From positions 10,912,001 through 10,976,000 of the forward strand of contig OZ004609.1 of assembly GCA_963924565.1 (NCBI GenBank): a stretch of 64,000 nucleotides of DNA, in the 5' to 3' direction. Origin of the DNA: Ascidiella aspersa. Lineage: Eukaryota. Shown here piece after piece: positions 37,971 to 51,600 of the stretch (its first letter is position 1; each line of letters begins with the position of its first letter). The translations under genes were made by a program, and so were the position numbers. The notes under the pieces are model-generated. The model was not told where the DNA came from, ran no database searches, and saw nothing but the letters and a program-made list of their open reading frames with translations.

Positions 37971-38463
37971 TTTATTCTTTTTCGTTTTTGCATGTTAAAC
38001 GAATTGGACACCAGAAAAAAAAAACGTTTTCCTTTTTTCCTATAGGAATTGTTGCGTGAGCCAAGCCTTCAAATTGCTGAGTTTCTCAAATGACGTCACT
38101 TGCCTCAATACATTTGTTATTTGGCAAGTTTCCACCAATTGATTCGTGATCTTGTTCTATGTCAATTGCCGCATCCTCTATTTTTTTCGCTAAATTAACG
38201 GATATGATATTCGTTAAACAAAACTTAGGACAAAAATCGATATCAAATGTTTATTCTATATTAAATTCTTCTTCTAAGTCATTATTTTGCTGTGCATCTT
38301 TGTTGTTTGGTACTAAAGCCACGAAATGATTTGGGACCCAAGTATTTTTTTTTTGATTTTCCAAGGTAGCTCCACATAATAGTTACTGCATCGTTATTTT
38401 TTGTTTCGTGGTTTATTGAAATTGTAGGCCTAAATGTTGTAGATAAAAAAAAAAAAAAAAAGT

Positions 38464-38982
38464 TTAAAAGTTTTGCATGCCCATCGTTTTGCCATTGCAA
38501 GGTGTATAAACTGACGAAATGGGCATTTTTAAAACATTACACAAAGCCAAAATGGTCCAGGCAGAAGAAAATCCGCCTGGTGTCGCACAATCAATGCATG
38601 ACTGATCGTAGTCCGGAGAGATAAGCTCGATGTTGCTACTATTCGGGTGTTCAAGGTATTTTTTTTTGTTCATAACCATTTCTATGCAACATGCCATTTT
38701 TAGTGAAATCGCTAATCTTTCGCTACAGCAAAGACATAATGGCACAGCGTTAAAAAGACAATTTCTATTTGGTGTTGCTCTTATGGGAAGCATATTGGCA
38801 GCTATTTTGCATGTTTTAATAATATTTTCGGCATCGGAATCCAACAGTAGGGTCGTAACATTAAAATCTACCTTTGTGAAGTTCGGTGAAAACTTTTTAC
38901 TGATTTCTGCTTCACGAACCATAATTTGTTGAACGTGCTGAATTCCTTTTGACGCAGCCTGAAAAACAATCAACGGAATCAA
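38464..38982 (-). pseudogene. Vertnin-like OTU-fold domain upstream of the MULE transposase
   Basis: PIRATPNRNCLFNAV..L.I.L...CCIEM..N...Y and SSAWTILALCNVLKMPISSVY resemble vertnin/OTU motifs (canonical GDGNCLF here PNRNCLF). Confidence 0.65.
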
Positions 38983-39624
38983 TTTATTGCAAAAATATCA
39001 GATAATTATATACTTCATCGAATAGAGACGATAGGAGAAACAAACATAATTAAGTCACTTCTGAAGAGTCCTGTTTGTGCCATTAAGACCACCACGAACA
39101 TATTAATTATTAGATATATCACAGTATGCGTAATAATTGCAATAATTGCAATACCTTCTAACGCTAAGATTATGATTAACTTACCTTAGACAAAAGTGTA
39201 GCAGATTGCCTTATCATGAAAGCAGATGTGCTTTTTTGAGAGCATTTGCCACACATAAAGGCTAATTCAGTTTTTCCAAGTTTGGAAAGATCCTTTTCGC
39301 TTAACTTCTCACAGGCCGCGTGATACTAGAAATTGCAATTATCACAGTATACACAGTTATTACTGCAATTCCGGTTACAGTTCCCACTCGGATATGCACC
39401 ATTTTTTTTTCATTTTACAACTCCTCAGAAAAAAGCCTCCACTCTTCTAAAGAAAAAAATCATATTTCATTAAAAGACAACGTGTTGGACGAGCAGCGAA
39501 AGAAAATCTTTCTAACAACTTAACGTAAGGAACTAGATCACGACTAACACGTTTTATTTAAATGTGCCGCTAAATTTTTATTAAACTTCTTGTCTTTGCT
39601 TTGAATCCAGAAGTGTGTTTAAAG

Positions 39625-40197
39625 CAGGGAGTCGAACCGGAACTTTATGAACCGGTTTTGGGTCAATTTTATCCAAACCGTAACCGAACCTGAACCGGTT
39701 TTTATAAGATTTTAAGGAGCCGAACCGGAACTGAACCGAATAATTTGAAAGTACCTGAACCTTAACCGAACCTGAACCTGTAAATAAAAGCGGTTCGCTC
39801 CTGCATGACGTCATAACTTCTATTTCAAGTTACGCCATATTCGAAATTTTATAAAAAAAATATGAATATTGAATGAAAAAAACGTTGATTTTTTAATTTT
39901 TAGATATTTCAATAATGAGTTGCTGTTTTTTAATACGTCACGTAACTTAGATTAAATGACTTAAATTCAAAGATTATTCTCTACATTTATCGACCCACAT
40001 TTTGAAAACTAACGCAAATTATATTGTATCTGAACCGGAACTTTATGAACCGGTTTTGAAATAGCGATGGTCGAACCGGAGCTGAACCGGAACTTTTAAA
40101 TTCCTCCGAACCGAAACCGGAACTGAACCGGATTCCGAAAAAATCCTTGAACCCGAACCGAACCTGAACCGGAAAAGTCAAACGGTTCGACTCCCTG
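39625..40197. mobile_element. hAT MITE with GAACCG subterminal repeats
   Basis: TIRs CAGGGAGTCGAACCG / CGGTTCGACTCCCTG; perfect TSD GTTTAAAG. Confidence 0.93.
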
Positions 40198-41525
40198 GTT
40201 TAAAGCAATTGCTTGCTGGTAAACTTTACTTATGACGTCAAAACACTCCCTGTGATTTAATTGTGACGACATACATAACAGTAAGAGCGCAAAGCATCTG
40301 CTAAAAACGTAAGTGCTAATATAATTTAACGAATAACGAAAAAAATCTGTGGTAACAAAACGCCACCCTAGAAACATATGCAGGAAAAATGTATCAACTT
40401 CATTGGAATTGAGGATAACCTTTCATAAAGCGTATACATCTTAACTGTAATCTTAAATGATCTATAGCGGTCATGTTCAAAGGGCGGATCGCGATCCGGT
40501 TCCGGATCTTTTCAGCGTTTCGTGCGAATCTTCTAATGTAGTCTTAAAAAAATAAATTTTTACAGTGTTTTCATGTGAATAACAATTGTCAGTGTTAACT
40601 AATTTTGTAAAAAAATCAAGCATACAACGAGACTCCCAAATGCTAATCTTTGTGAGCTATGAGGATATCAGTCAGCGACAGAAAGCCCCAATTCGATGCT
40701 ATTGCAAGACCTAAAGTCTAAAACAGGGGTCGGCAACCTACGGCCCGCGGGCCGGATCCGCCCCGCCAATGTAATTCATTCGGCCCGCCGCCTATTTGAC
40801 AAACTAGATACGAGTCCATTTCAAATACTTTTTACTATTTTAACTACGTAAGTGCAAAAATTTTCCCGCTTCGCGCGAATCATCTTTGTACGTCCGGCTT
40901 GTTTACGTTTTGATGCGGTCTTTTGAACTAGGTCAGCGCTTCTTTACCGTTAATGGAAAGCGCATTTAAAAATATTGGACATATATTTTTAACATTTTGC
41001 ATTTTCGGCAATGTAATAAAAACTTGCAAGAAATTTAAAAGAAATGCCGGTGTACCTAAAAAAATCGCGCTCGCTTCGCTCGCCACGTTCGCCCTGACTT
41101 GCAAAGCTTAAGAGACACTAAACAACATTACCTATTAAAGTTATCGCGTTTACTTAGTAAAGCACCATAAACATTAAAGCGTGTCCAATATGTTTACTAT
41201 TCGTATTTGGTAGATCATCATGTTGTCAGGTTGGGCTGTGGTGGATCATGGCAGAAATCATTTAAACACCCCTGATCTATAGTTTTTCTATAGAATAAAT
41301 ACATAAATCTATTCCGTTACTTTGTCCAGAAAATGCTAGTTTACAACCTGCTCTATAAAAAAGTGAAAAAAATCCATAGGGCCAATAACAGTATTGCAAA
41401 ATTATATGGCAAAACAGAAGCAGTTAACCCAAACCAATCGGAAGTTTTTTTTTTCCAAACGAGGCTATAGAAATCAAAAATATTTTTTTACTGTAACACT
41501 ATATGTTAAGCTAAGTCATTATTAT

Positions 41526-41816
41526 GGTGTTTAGTGATTCTCCTACGAGTTACAATGGGTTCTAATGGGTTCCATTCGGTTCCGTTGGGTTCCGTTCAGT
41601 ACCATTCGGTGTTTAGTGTATCTATTACGAGTTACAATGGGTTCTTTGGGTTCCATTCGGTGTTTAGTGTTTCTATTACGAGTTACAATGGGTTCCATCC
41701 GGTTCTATTCGGTTCCGTTGGTTTCTATTCGGTTCCATTCGGTACAATTCGGTATTTAGTGATTCTCTTACGAGTTACAATGGGTTAATTCTATTGGGTT
41801 CCATTCGGTACCATTC
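41526..41816. repeat. Compound minisatellite: ~36-bp block x4 separated by variable numbers of 10-bp GGTTCCATTC units
   Basis: Blocks GGTGTTTAGTG..TCT.TTACGAGTTACAATGGGTT start at 41526, 41608, 41659, 41751. Confidence 0.9.
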
Positions 41817-42868
41817 TTTCGTTTTAAAAATGCTCTCTTGCGAAATGATATGCTTCAGTCTATAATTCAATTAGATTTAAAAGTAAAACAGACGTTTAAT
41901 TTTGTTGGGATTCGTTAGCATTCAATTGCATATAGTTCCATTCGGTACCATTCGTGTTATTCCGTCCATGCGAGTGCTGATTGATAGCCTCTCGCTAGGC
42001 TGGCGAATTTGTTGCTTAGGAACCCTGTAGCGAAAACTAATATCAGGGAGACCAGCGGTTTCAAAACGGGGTGGGCGAGTTCTACTTCAACATTTCATTT
42101 TTTACAGTGATTTTAATGGTTTGTGTTCATTCTGGTAATAATGTCCCATGCTTTACATTAAAATTACCCGATCGTGTGTAGGCCTATAGTTGAGTAAATG
42201 AAGAAACAGTTTAATGTTTTGCAATTTGCGTGTTTTGTTGTTATCACAGCTTCTCGTTTTTTAACTATAACTGCTACTTTTACAACCAATTTTTGCTATA
42301 TTTAGTCAGAACAATATGGTGGTTTAGCCTAGTTGCACGTTGTTAATATATGGGTTGGACACTTGGGTAAGTTATTGTGCACATTCGATCAAAGTTGTGC
42401 CATCGGGTTGGGCACCACTCCTACAGCTGTACAAACTCTTGAAACCGAAAAAAAAATTTCTGGTTTTCTTAACTGTATGTATATATAATGTTTTTGCCGT
42501 CGTATTGGTGTCATTACATCTTTTAAAACACGATAACGCTTGACTAACAATACACTTCGCTATTTTCATATTGTCTCAGTGATATTTAATTAAAAAAATG
42601 CCGAATTGCTATTCGTAGGAGGGCATAAGGTATAGGAAAAATACCAAAAGTGGGCGCGGCTAAAAAAAATTAGGAAGCACTGATACACTTCCACATTGCA
42701 CCATACAAAATGTTCACAATCGATAAAAATCAACTATGTCATGTCAAGTTTGTCTAATTATTGTATATATGCTAATAAAAAAGCATTGGAAAAGTTTAAA
42801 ATAAGGATGTGTTCATTATCAACCCAATTCAGTAACATAATAATACATCGCGGAAAAAACGGAACCCT

Positions 42869-43921
42869 GGGGCAGGCAAAACGGACCCCTCACCTTTCTC
42901 GTTAACGAAAATTGCCAGCGTCAATAATTGTTTTCTGAACAGTGACTATCGTCGAAAAAACGTTTGTCGACAAATATCAGACTGATTCGATTTCGCACAA
43001 ACCAGGGAGGGGAGAAAATGTGTTTGGGGGATATTGATATAAGTATAGCGCAGTAAAATGATGCGTTTATTAGTAAAGTTCAAGTAAAGACGGAGTTACT
43101 TTTTTTGCTAAATAATTTGTAGGTAAGGGTGTGTTTATTAATCCGAAACAGTTGGCGTTTTAAGTTGAACGATTTGAAAGAAACCAGGTTTTCGTGCGAT
43201 TGATAGTGTTGGGGCAAAACGGACCCCTCACAAGTCAATCTGTTATTACTAGCCTAAAACCGCACTGTTTGTAATCATTATTTAATATGTTTAAATCAAT
43301 TTTGTAGGAAGGCCAAACAATCAGAAATTTTACCAATATCTGTTGTAAAAAAGCTCGATTGCTATTTGTTTTAATACTTATGAGTTGGTATGCATTAAGA
43401 TAAATATAAGGCAGTTTACGTACGGTACGGCCTATTTATAACCATGTAACTTATAAAGAGTGACAATGCTACCAGTACTTAGTATAGTGCTATTTTGTTT
43501 GTTTTTTGTATGTTTTGGCTTACTTTAGTAAAATATTTTCAAGCTATGAAGGCGCCATGTATACCATTACTTAAATTATGACGTCACGTTGTGACGTAAC
43601 TTGTGACAATATCTCTGAAAATTTTTACTCGCCACTTGAACACAAATCCTTGATCCGGCATTTTCACACAACAAAGCAATTAAATTATGTTTTATAAGTG
43701 GGGTCCGTTTTGCCCCGCCAGGGGTCCGTATTGCCCCGTTTAAAAATCGACAACAAAAGTTAATTTATTCAGAAGGAATGCTTCTTTCAGTTTTTGTTTT
43801 TAGCATAGGAGTAGCTTTCAGCAAGACCTTTCAGTTGATAACCTATTTATCAAAAAATATTTTGTGAAACTCGTAATATAGCATTTATCCGTTAAGGGGT
43901 CCGTTTTGCCCCGCCTTCCCC
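42869..43921 (+). mobile_element. Non-autonomous pogo-like element related to 33504
   Basis: Shares TAGTGTTGGGGCAAAACGGACCCCTCACAAG with 33815; right TIR GGGGTCCGTTTTGCCCCGCCTTCCCC followed by TA. Confidence 0.8.
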
Positions 43922-45969
43922 TAATAATATGCCCTACACCACGATCACTGTGTAATGTAAAAAATACTGATGAAGCAACTTTTAAGGCCTTAGCATTGAT
44001 GCAAAAATCAATATACGTTCGTTTTGAACAATTCGGCCGTTATTGACTGTAAGACCAGATTTAACTTCTTTTGTTTACTGATCTCACAGCCATGCCCAAC
44101 CTAATATTTAGGGAGTTTTACCGCCTATACTCAAAGAGTTTTACGTTACTGAGTTTTGCAACCTGCGCATTATGATTACATAAATAAAATTGCAAGCTCT
44201 CTTATTAACAAATGTGCTTTTGAACTTTCGTGGCTAAAGGTAGATTTTTCGAGTTTGGCAAAGTCACATATAGCTAAGTTTATTGAACGTTTTAGCCGGA
44301 TTCGAATCCATTTCGTTAATCTATTCTCTCTCGTTTTGGCGCTGAAATGGATTAAGTTCTATCGTTTCTTAATCCGTCAAAAGGAGTGTTTTATAATCTG
44401 TTCGCTGCAGATAGCGTGATTCTTTGTCCGGCGGCCAAAATCGAGCGTTGAAGTTTAAATTATTTTTAAGGGTTACGACAGCAAAGTGTGAAGCAGAGTA
44501 TTTACGAAGTCAATAGTAGTTGCTAGTGTTTGACAAAAAAACAACAGCAAAGTTTTCACTGGTTAGGCTGCAAAAGTATATCTAGTGTGGTGTTAGTCTT
44601 ATTTTTATAGTAAGGAAAAATAAAGGCGCTAGTCTAGAATCCTACCACAGCGAACATTATTTGAAGTAGGATGCGGGTTTTGGTAGATTTTTAAGCGATA
44701 GGATGGGAAGTAATGAACAATATTGTCTGCAGTTGGAAGAGAGTCGCAAGAACCAAAATTATACAACAAAATTTTCAGAAAAATTACCTGTTTTGCAACA
44801 AAGAAACATATGCATAGTGCAGCTCGTATACTTAAGCTGGCTTGAATTTCGCGCCATGTAATTATGACGCTGGGACGGTTAACTTTTCAACCCGGATTGA
44901 ACCTTAATCTAACATCTGCCTGCGAAAGGTGCATATAAACGGGCTTGTTCTTAGAATGGCTTATAATAGAGCTGTAAAAAACGGGACTAAAGGATCATCG
45001 TCACCGAGAAATGTAAACTATAAAACTCGTAAATAACTTTATAAGCTGTCGTTTTTATATTTTCTTTCCATTTTTAGGTTAGGCTACTCTAGTGTAAAGG
45101 TGTTCATTTTACTTGCGTCCGCGAATGCCTATGCAAATATGGAACTAGTTCATGGGCTAAAAAGGTTGGGAATCACTGGTTTAATCGTATAGCTGTTTTT
45201 TTTTTCAAACACGGCAGACCACACCTACCTGTAATTACCTCAAATATATCCAGGTTTCTTTTTATCTTCCTTGGCGTCGGACACCAGGCCGAGCAGCTTT
45301 AAATGACCTGCATTGATTTGTTTTCGTTTTAGCTACCGGTACCAGCATTTTATAGTTTTTACACTCCCGCTAAAGTACTTGAAACGTTCAAACAATAAAC
45401 ATTTTCAGATACTTTTAACTTGCTAAAACTTCCATTGTTTGTGTTTCATTGTGACGTAACACGTGCCTTAATATTTTTTTGGTAAAAGTTTGAGAGAGAC
45501 TCAGATAACCTAGGAAGCGAAATTTGATCTTTTGAACATGTTAAATAGAAGATGAACATAGGGAACTTTGTAAACGGATATACGAAGCCAAACGGAACAA
45601 ACCATCTCAATAAAAATACGAATTGGAACCTAATAATACAAAACTATTACAAAAACAGCGAAAGTAAATTAAAACACGTCAGAACTGTAATGGTCATTAT
45701 CAAAAAAAGGAGCGTGCTGAACCTACTATATTTGAAACATGACCCTTGACCTCACACGTAGTTAGCAAAGCGTGCAATTTGTCAGCAGCTTACTTCCATG
45801 AAAGCATGTTATTATTGTTGTCGTGCTGCAAATACCTATGTTTGCAGCAATTTTAATTGGATTTTTTAAGCAAAATCACACACGTTGTGTAACACCATTT
45901 AGGAACACGCAACTAATAGGAGTTTTTTGTAGGTTAAGCTGCCGCTTCAGTAATAAAACCAATATTGCA

Positions 45970-48347
45970 ATGGCTAAAGAAATATCGTGTAACAAAAGTT
46001 TCGGGGGGTTTCAAAAGGTGTTTGAACACGAAAGTGAAGAATGCAAATGTTCTATGAAGTTTGGAATTTATTTTCCTCCTCAGGTAGAAATTAAAGATTT
46101 ATTATTTACCATGTGTAAAAAAGTTTAGGGCAAAAGTGCATTCTGTCGTTATATTTTTAACAGACGAAACACTACCTGTATAAATTGAATGTGCACTCAG
46201 ATTTCCACATACGTTAAACACCCACTTTTTTCGGACTTGTATTCGTAAGTTAAGATCTACTATGCTTTCTAAACAGGAGCATGAATCCATCATCAAAACG
46301 TAAACACTTTTTTCACTGTACAGCTAACTTTAACTCCCGACTCATTGTTAGAAGTCTGTGAAAATGTTCTTTGCAACGTATCCCTACCAACATTTAATGA
46401 AACATAGTGTAACATTTTATGTTTTTAATTTCCTTAGAACAAATAACACAGTTAGTTTTATTCAATTTAGGCAGAAAAGGGAAAGTGTCCTGTTCTTTAT
46501 TATCTATCAGGATTGACATGCACTGAACAGAATTTTATATCAAAATCTGGAGTTCAAAGATCAGCTGCCAAACATGGAATTATCATTGTTGCTCCAGACA
46601 CAAGTCCAAGTAAGATCCAGATGTCTTTGTTATATTCCTCTAATTCTTTGGTTCCCAAACTTTGTCTACCATTAAAGTTAACAAATAACCAAATTTTAAA
46701 CACACAACACAATTGTAGTGAAATAGAGAAAGGTATTTTTGCTATACCAGTTGTCTGATGTGAGGATTCACTTTGCTGACAGCTTATTAAACATCACAGA
46801 AGTATTAGGTCATAGTAAGTGACTGTAGAAGACTTTTAATTGCCTTACTACTCAAGCTGTAAAACATCATCGTAAACATCACTGAGGAATACTATTATAC
46901 AATACAAAGCATTAAAATAAATTAGAACATAAAATAGAATAGCACATAAAATTCAGCCTTTTACCTCATTTGTATAACTAAAGCAAGTAACAAACCAGTC
47001 AATCATATGGTTGTGTGCATAAATTTTTATTTATTAAGCTTCATAGGTACCACACCTCGGATACCTTGATATAACTCAAAAAAGTAGTTCACATATCATA
47101 GTTTGAAAACCACTGCTCTAAATTTATTTTTATATCAATATAACTTACAAACTATTATAGGAGGGTGCAACATAGAGGGGGAAGATGATGCTTATGACTT
47201 CGGTTCTGGTGCTGGATTTTATGTTGATGCTACTGAAGAAAAGTGGAAGACCAATTACAGGATGTATTCTTATGTTACTAAAGAGGTCTGTTCAGATAAA
47301 AATATCTACAGATTCAGTTGAATAATTTTAACATTTTACTTAATGTTGTGTTTTCAGCTTCCCACCGTCATAAATTCTACATTTTCAAGCCAAGTCAACC
47401 CTGAGAAAATGTCAATTTTCGGCCACAGGTAACAGCAATAAAACTGTAAACTGTTTTAAAGTACTTAGTGTTGTGTTTGAGTATTTAATATAAATTATAG
47501 GATTATTTTTACAATTAAATTAATTGCATCACATCCACATGTTTTCAATTATTGTGTAGTTTATGCTTATAGAAAAACCGTTTGTTGCAATAGTTGTGAA
47601 TTTAACTTTTGCCTTTATTTTAACTTCTGTTTCTCTAAATTACAGTATGGGTGGACATGGAGCATTGGTCTGTGCATTAAAAACTGGAAAATACAAGGTT
47701 TGTGGCAAACTATTTGTTTTTCATGTACCTTGTCCAGTGATTTTTGCAATTTATAAATGTATGTGATAGCATTTTTTTATTTTTTAGTCGGTGTCCGCCT
47801 TTGCACCCATTACCAACCCTGTCCAATGTCCCTGGGGACAAAAAGCACTCAAAGGTTACTTGGGTGAAAATGAAGAGGCTCACAAGGTAGGCTTACAGAA
47901 ATACTGATATTCGTTCGTTTAGGTTGAAGAACTACGTATGAGCATGTGAGTTAAATAGTTATATTTTATGGATATTAACCTTTTAATAATACTGATTTAT
48001 TTAAATGATATCACTTTTACACACATGTTTTAATAGGAATATGATTCCTGTCACTTAGTGAAGAATTACAAAGGCCCAAAGTTGAACATACTTGTCGACC
48101 AAGGTGCTAAAGACCAGTTTTTGTTTCAATTGTTACCTGAACATTTTGTAGCAGCTTGCGCTGATGCTGGAATGCCCCTTAACCTGAGAACGCAAGAGGT
48201 AAACTAAATGCTGTTGGTTTAGATAAGTTACGTGTTATGTTTTATCGACATTATTAATTTTCCCAGGGTTACGATCACAGCTATTATACAATTTCAACAT
48301 TCATGGATGATCATGTGGAGCACCATGCCAAATATTTAAATGCCTAA
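45970..48347 (+). CDS. ESD: S-formylglutathione hydrolase (esterase D), 8 exons
   Basis: Exons 45970-46083, 46471-46609, 47161-47285, 47358-47428, 47646-47697, 47788-47886, 48037-48198, 48267-48347. Motifs [45 protein letters not shown]. Confidence 0.96.
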
Positions 48348-48646
48348 CGTGAATCAAGCTAAAGTGTGCGTTTAATTACCATGCCATATCGTATTAATTC
48401 TTTTCCAATTTTTAGCAAAAATAAAGTGCAACACTCTTTAAAATTTAAAGTGCTTTGTATTTCACAATAAGTTAAAAAAAAATTGAAACTAAGTTTGTAA
48501 TGAATAGGCAGAGTTACATCTTTCAATTTAACCTAATATTTATGTTATCCATAAAACATTGTGTATAGTAAAAGTTGTTTCAATCAGCTTCTATATTTTC
48601 CGATGCAAACAGTTTTATAGAATTTTGTGCAATTATGTTAAATGTG

Positions 48647-51600
48647 TCAATCGGTATCCGAACTTTCCGAATGTTTTAAGACCTCGCTTTTGCGTACAAG
48701 TTTTGCGACCACTGGCTTTGATTTGGTGGTAGCCTTCCTTTTCTTTTGAGGTTTAACATCTGCTTTAACCAAGGGGGCGATTGCGCGTTGAACTCGCTTG
48801 CTCTTCTTAGTTTGACGCATATTAGAAGGTCGACGTGGCAGAAAAGACGAGATTAACGGCTGCTGCGAAATCTTTCTTTCGGCAAATCTCTTGAGAATTG
48901 GAAGCAGGTCGCTGTCCACCTTTTTTCTGCAAAAAAACAAAAAACAACACACTTCAACATAGTTGTTTACGAAATGTACACGATTTTCGAATGATTATAA
49001 AAATCACAGGCACAATTCTTACAAAGAATAACGTCCACCTAATCTCGCGATGCTCTCACGTTAAGCTTGCTTGCCGAACCAACGCCACAACCAAATCTCT
49101 CGTTTTCCATTCCCACTTTCATAAAGCATACGGAGACCACCCCATACAAGTCCTAAATGGCCCCGTCTAAAATTGAGTGTTTATGCCACTCGCGAACACT
49201 ATGTGTAGCACTTATTTGGAACACATTTGAATTATTATTTATTAGGAAATTTAATATTGCGAAAATAAACCAAAATCATCTGGGGGCTATTTTTACTTGA
49301 CTCTCACGAGCTGTAGAGATGTAACATTTGCAGAACATTAGGAGGTGATTAAAATCTTGTTTTACTTGAACGTCCTCTGATAAGTTTGACCCAGGCCATC
49401 ACCCAAAATTGCTAATTAAGCTAAAGTTTAGCTCGACGCAGCTACAACACGAAAATGTTTTTTATGTTTATAGGATAAGCTGATGTGTTCATATTTTTTT
49501 GTTGTTCTTTGTCAGTGCTCCACCTGTTTTGACTCGCAAGGTTTAAACATTTCAGCAGAACAACCTCCAAAAATGTACCTAAAATATACACATGGACATA
49601 GTCGCATATCTAAGGCTGCTAATAGCAAAATGCCTTTCCAATAAACGCACTGGGGTACAAACACAAAAAGTCAAAAATATATAAATGTTTGCAGGTCTCG
49701 GTTAAGGGATTTTTGACCGAACGACATTTCGAAAATTATTCGTAAAGATTTATAAAAAAAACATTTCTTAAGGACAAAAATGCCCCTATTTTTACAATGG
49801 TACTTATATAAGGTTCGCACAAAGCTATATCCGCACGTCACCGAAATCGAATGTAGGCCTAACACACGGTAATAAAAATCTAACTTTCGGATGAGTTAAT
49901 CTACTGTTTACGTCAAATTTCTTGCTTTGGTGTATTTTATGTAAATTCTACACAGTATCATACAAAACCTCTTTAAATAGCGCAAGTAAAAAAAACTGCG
50001 CTATGTTGTGGAGCAGCAATGTATACATAAAAAACATCTAGGCTATACCTAGTCCAGTGAAGTTTTTGCTCAGCGAAGTTTCTTAGACCATCTAGATCAG
50101 GATAGCCCCAACTGAACTGATCCAAAGACTGGTTAACTTTGGGTTCCAGATATGCTTGAACAACAAGATCGGAGGGAAAACTTTGTGGTAAGTTGATTCG
50201 ACGCAGTTGGCTTTTTATCTTGGTTTCACTGGAAGGAGGCTTAACCTGCAGATTTCAATTAGACCACTTTCAAACTAACTAATTCTATCAGGATCACCGA
50301 TTTAGAAAACATTAAATAACAAACATTTCTACCATTTAAAGTCAAAATTTTTTATAGGGCCAGTGATTAAATTTTTAAATATTGCTTAGCACCCTAAAAA
50401 CGTATAAAAATCAAATCCCCAAAAAGCTTTACTTCTAGTTACTTTTTTGTTTTATGTTAACATTTAAAGATCTTAAAAATTTAACAACTATTTTAAAAAT
50501 ATGCTCATGTTTCGCTAACTAAATTTCGCACAGAAGCACAACATAAAATATATTTTCAATGCTTGGGTTTTAACCTGTTTATGAGCTTCCGTCCACCATA
50601 TTTTAAATGCTTTTAAACTTTCTATTCCATCGCCCGGGAACTCTTTCATTACTTCCAGGCCTCGGACAGGTCCAACTCCTTCTACACCTGTAGCAGAGAA
50701 GTTAAGGGGTTCATTTTATAGTTTAAGTTAGGGATATCAGATGCCATCCTATACCAAATGATGTCATTACTCATTACTATGCTCAAACAAGCAAAATTGA
50801 TAAAACAGAAACGATCAAATGTATTTTTTTCCAGGGTATTAGGTCAAAACGTGCTTACTTGTTAAGAAGTTTAGTTACCTACAATTGTTAACCTTGCGTT
50901 TTTTTAAATTTACCATTCCAAGGTAGAATCACTGCATTTGATCGCAAATCATGGCCGAGATTTTCATATAGATTTTGGCACCGTGATCAGCTCCGATTCG
51001 AAATTATATTACTATACATTCCTAGTTTAAGTACCTTTTTTATGCTGGTATAGTGGCAGATGCTAAAAGTAAGTGCAACATATTTGCAAAATAGCACCAA
51101 AGTGCCAGAGGGGCTGTTTTTCATAATCGTAAGAGAAAATAATACCCATAACTTTACTCCGGGCAATTTTAGTTTACTTTGTTTAAATGGATTGTATTGC
51201 CACAGGATTGTCAACTATTTTTACTCACCAGTGGTGTAGTCACTTCCACTTAGAAGGGCTATATTTATAAAGTGCTGCTGCTGTAAGCCAAGCTCGGTTT
51301 TAATATCTATTAGCTTGTAGCACTTTGGTTCCCTTTTCCGATCAAAGACGTCCTTGTAAGTCACAGTGCCACCGAATGGCCAAATGTCAGAATCTTCAGT
51401 TATAGTGCCGCAAGTTAAACCTTTCTTGTCGAGAAAGGCACACTGCGCTTCAGCTTCCTGTGAAAATTCGAGGATAAAAAATTAGACCTAATATTTAGGG
51501 CAGAGTCATGTAGTTTCTTTTTTAGTAAATATTAACATTGTTTAACTTTATTTAATCAGAATCATCTTTTGTTTGATAAATATGATGTTTTTTTCAATGA

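Noticed and set aside
21045-40197. Giant composite element bounded by CAGGGAGTCGAACC ends
   Set aside because: The 40197 end already pairs with 39625 via the perfect TSD GTTTAAAG; the flank at 21045 does not match.
41526-41816. CRISPR array
   Set aside because: Eukaryotic context, no cas genes, and the spacers are degenerate copies of one 10-mer rather than unique sequences.
40723-42682. Further complete hAT MITEs (starts ~40723 and ~42053)
   Set aside because: TIR-like ends present but flanks give no matching TSD, so boundaries are not supported.
33504-43921. One 10-kb pogo element carrying LINE and MULE cargo
   Set aside because: A second homologous left end at ~42869 pairs more simply with the 43921 right end.
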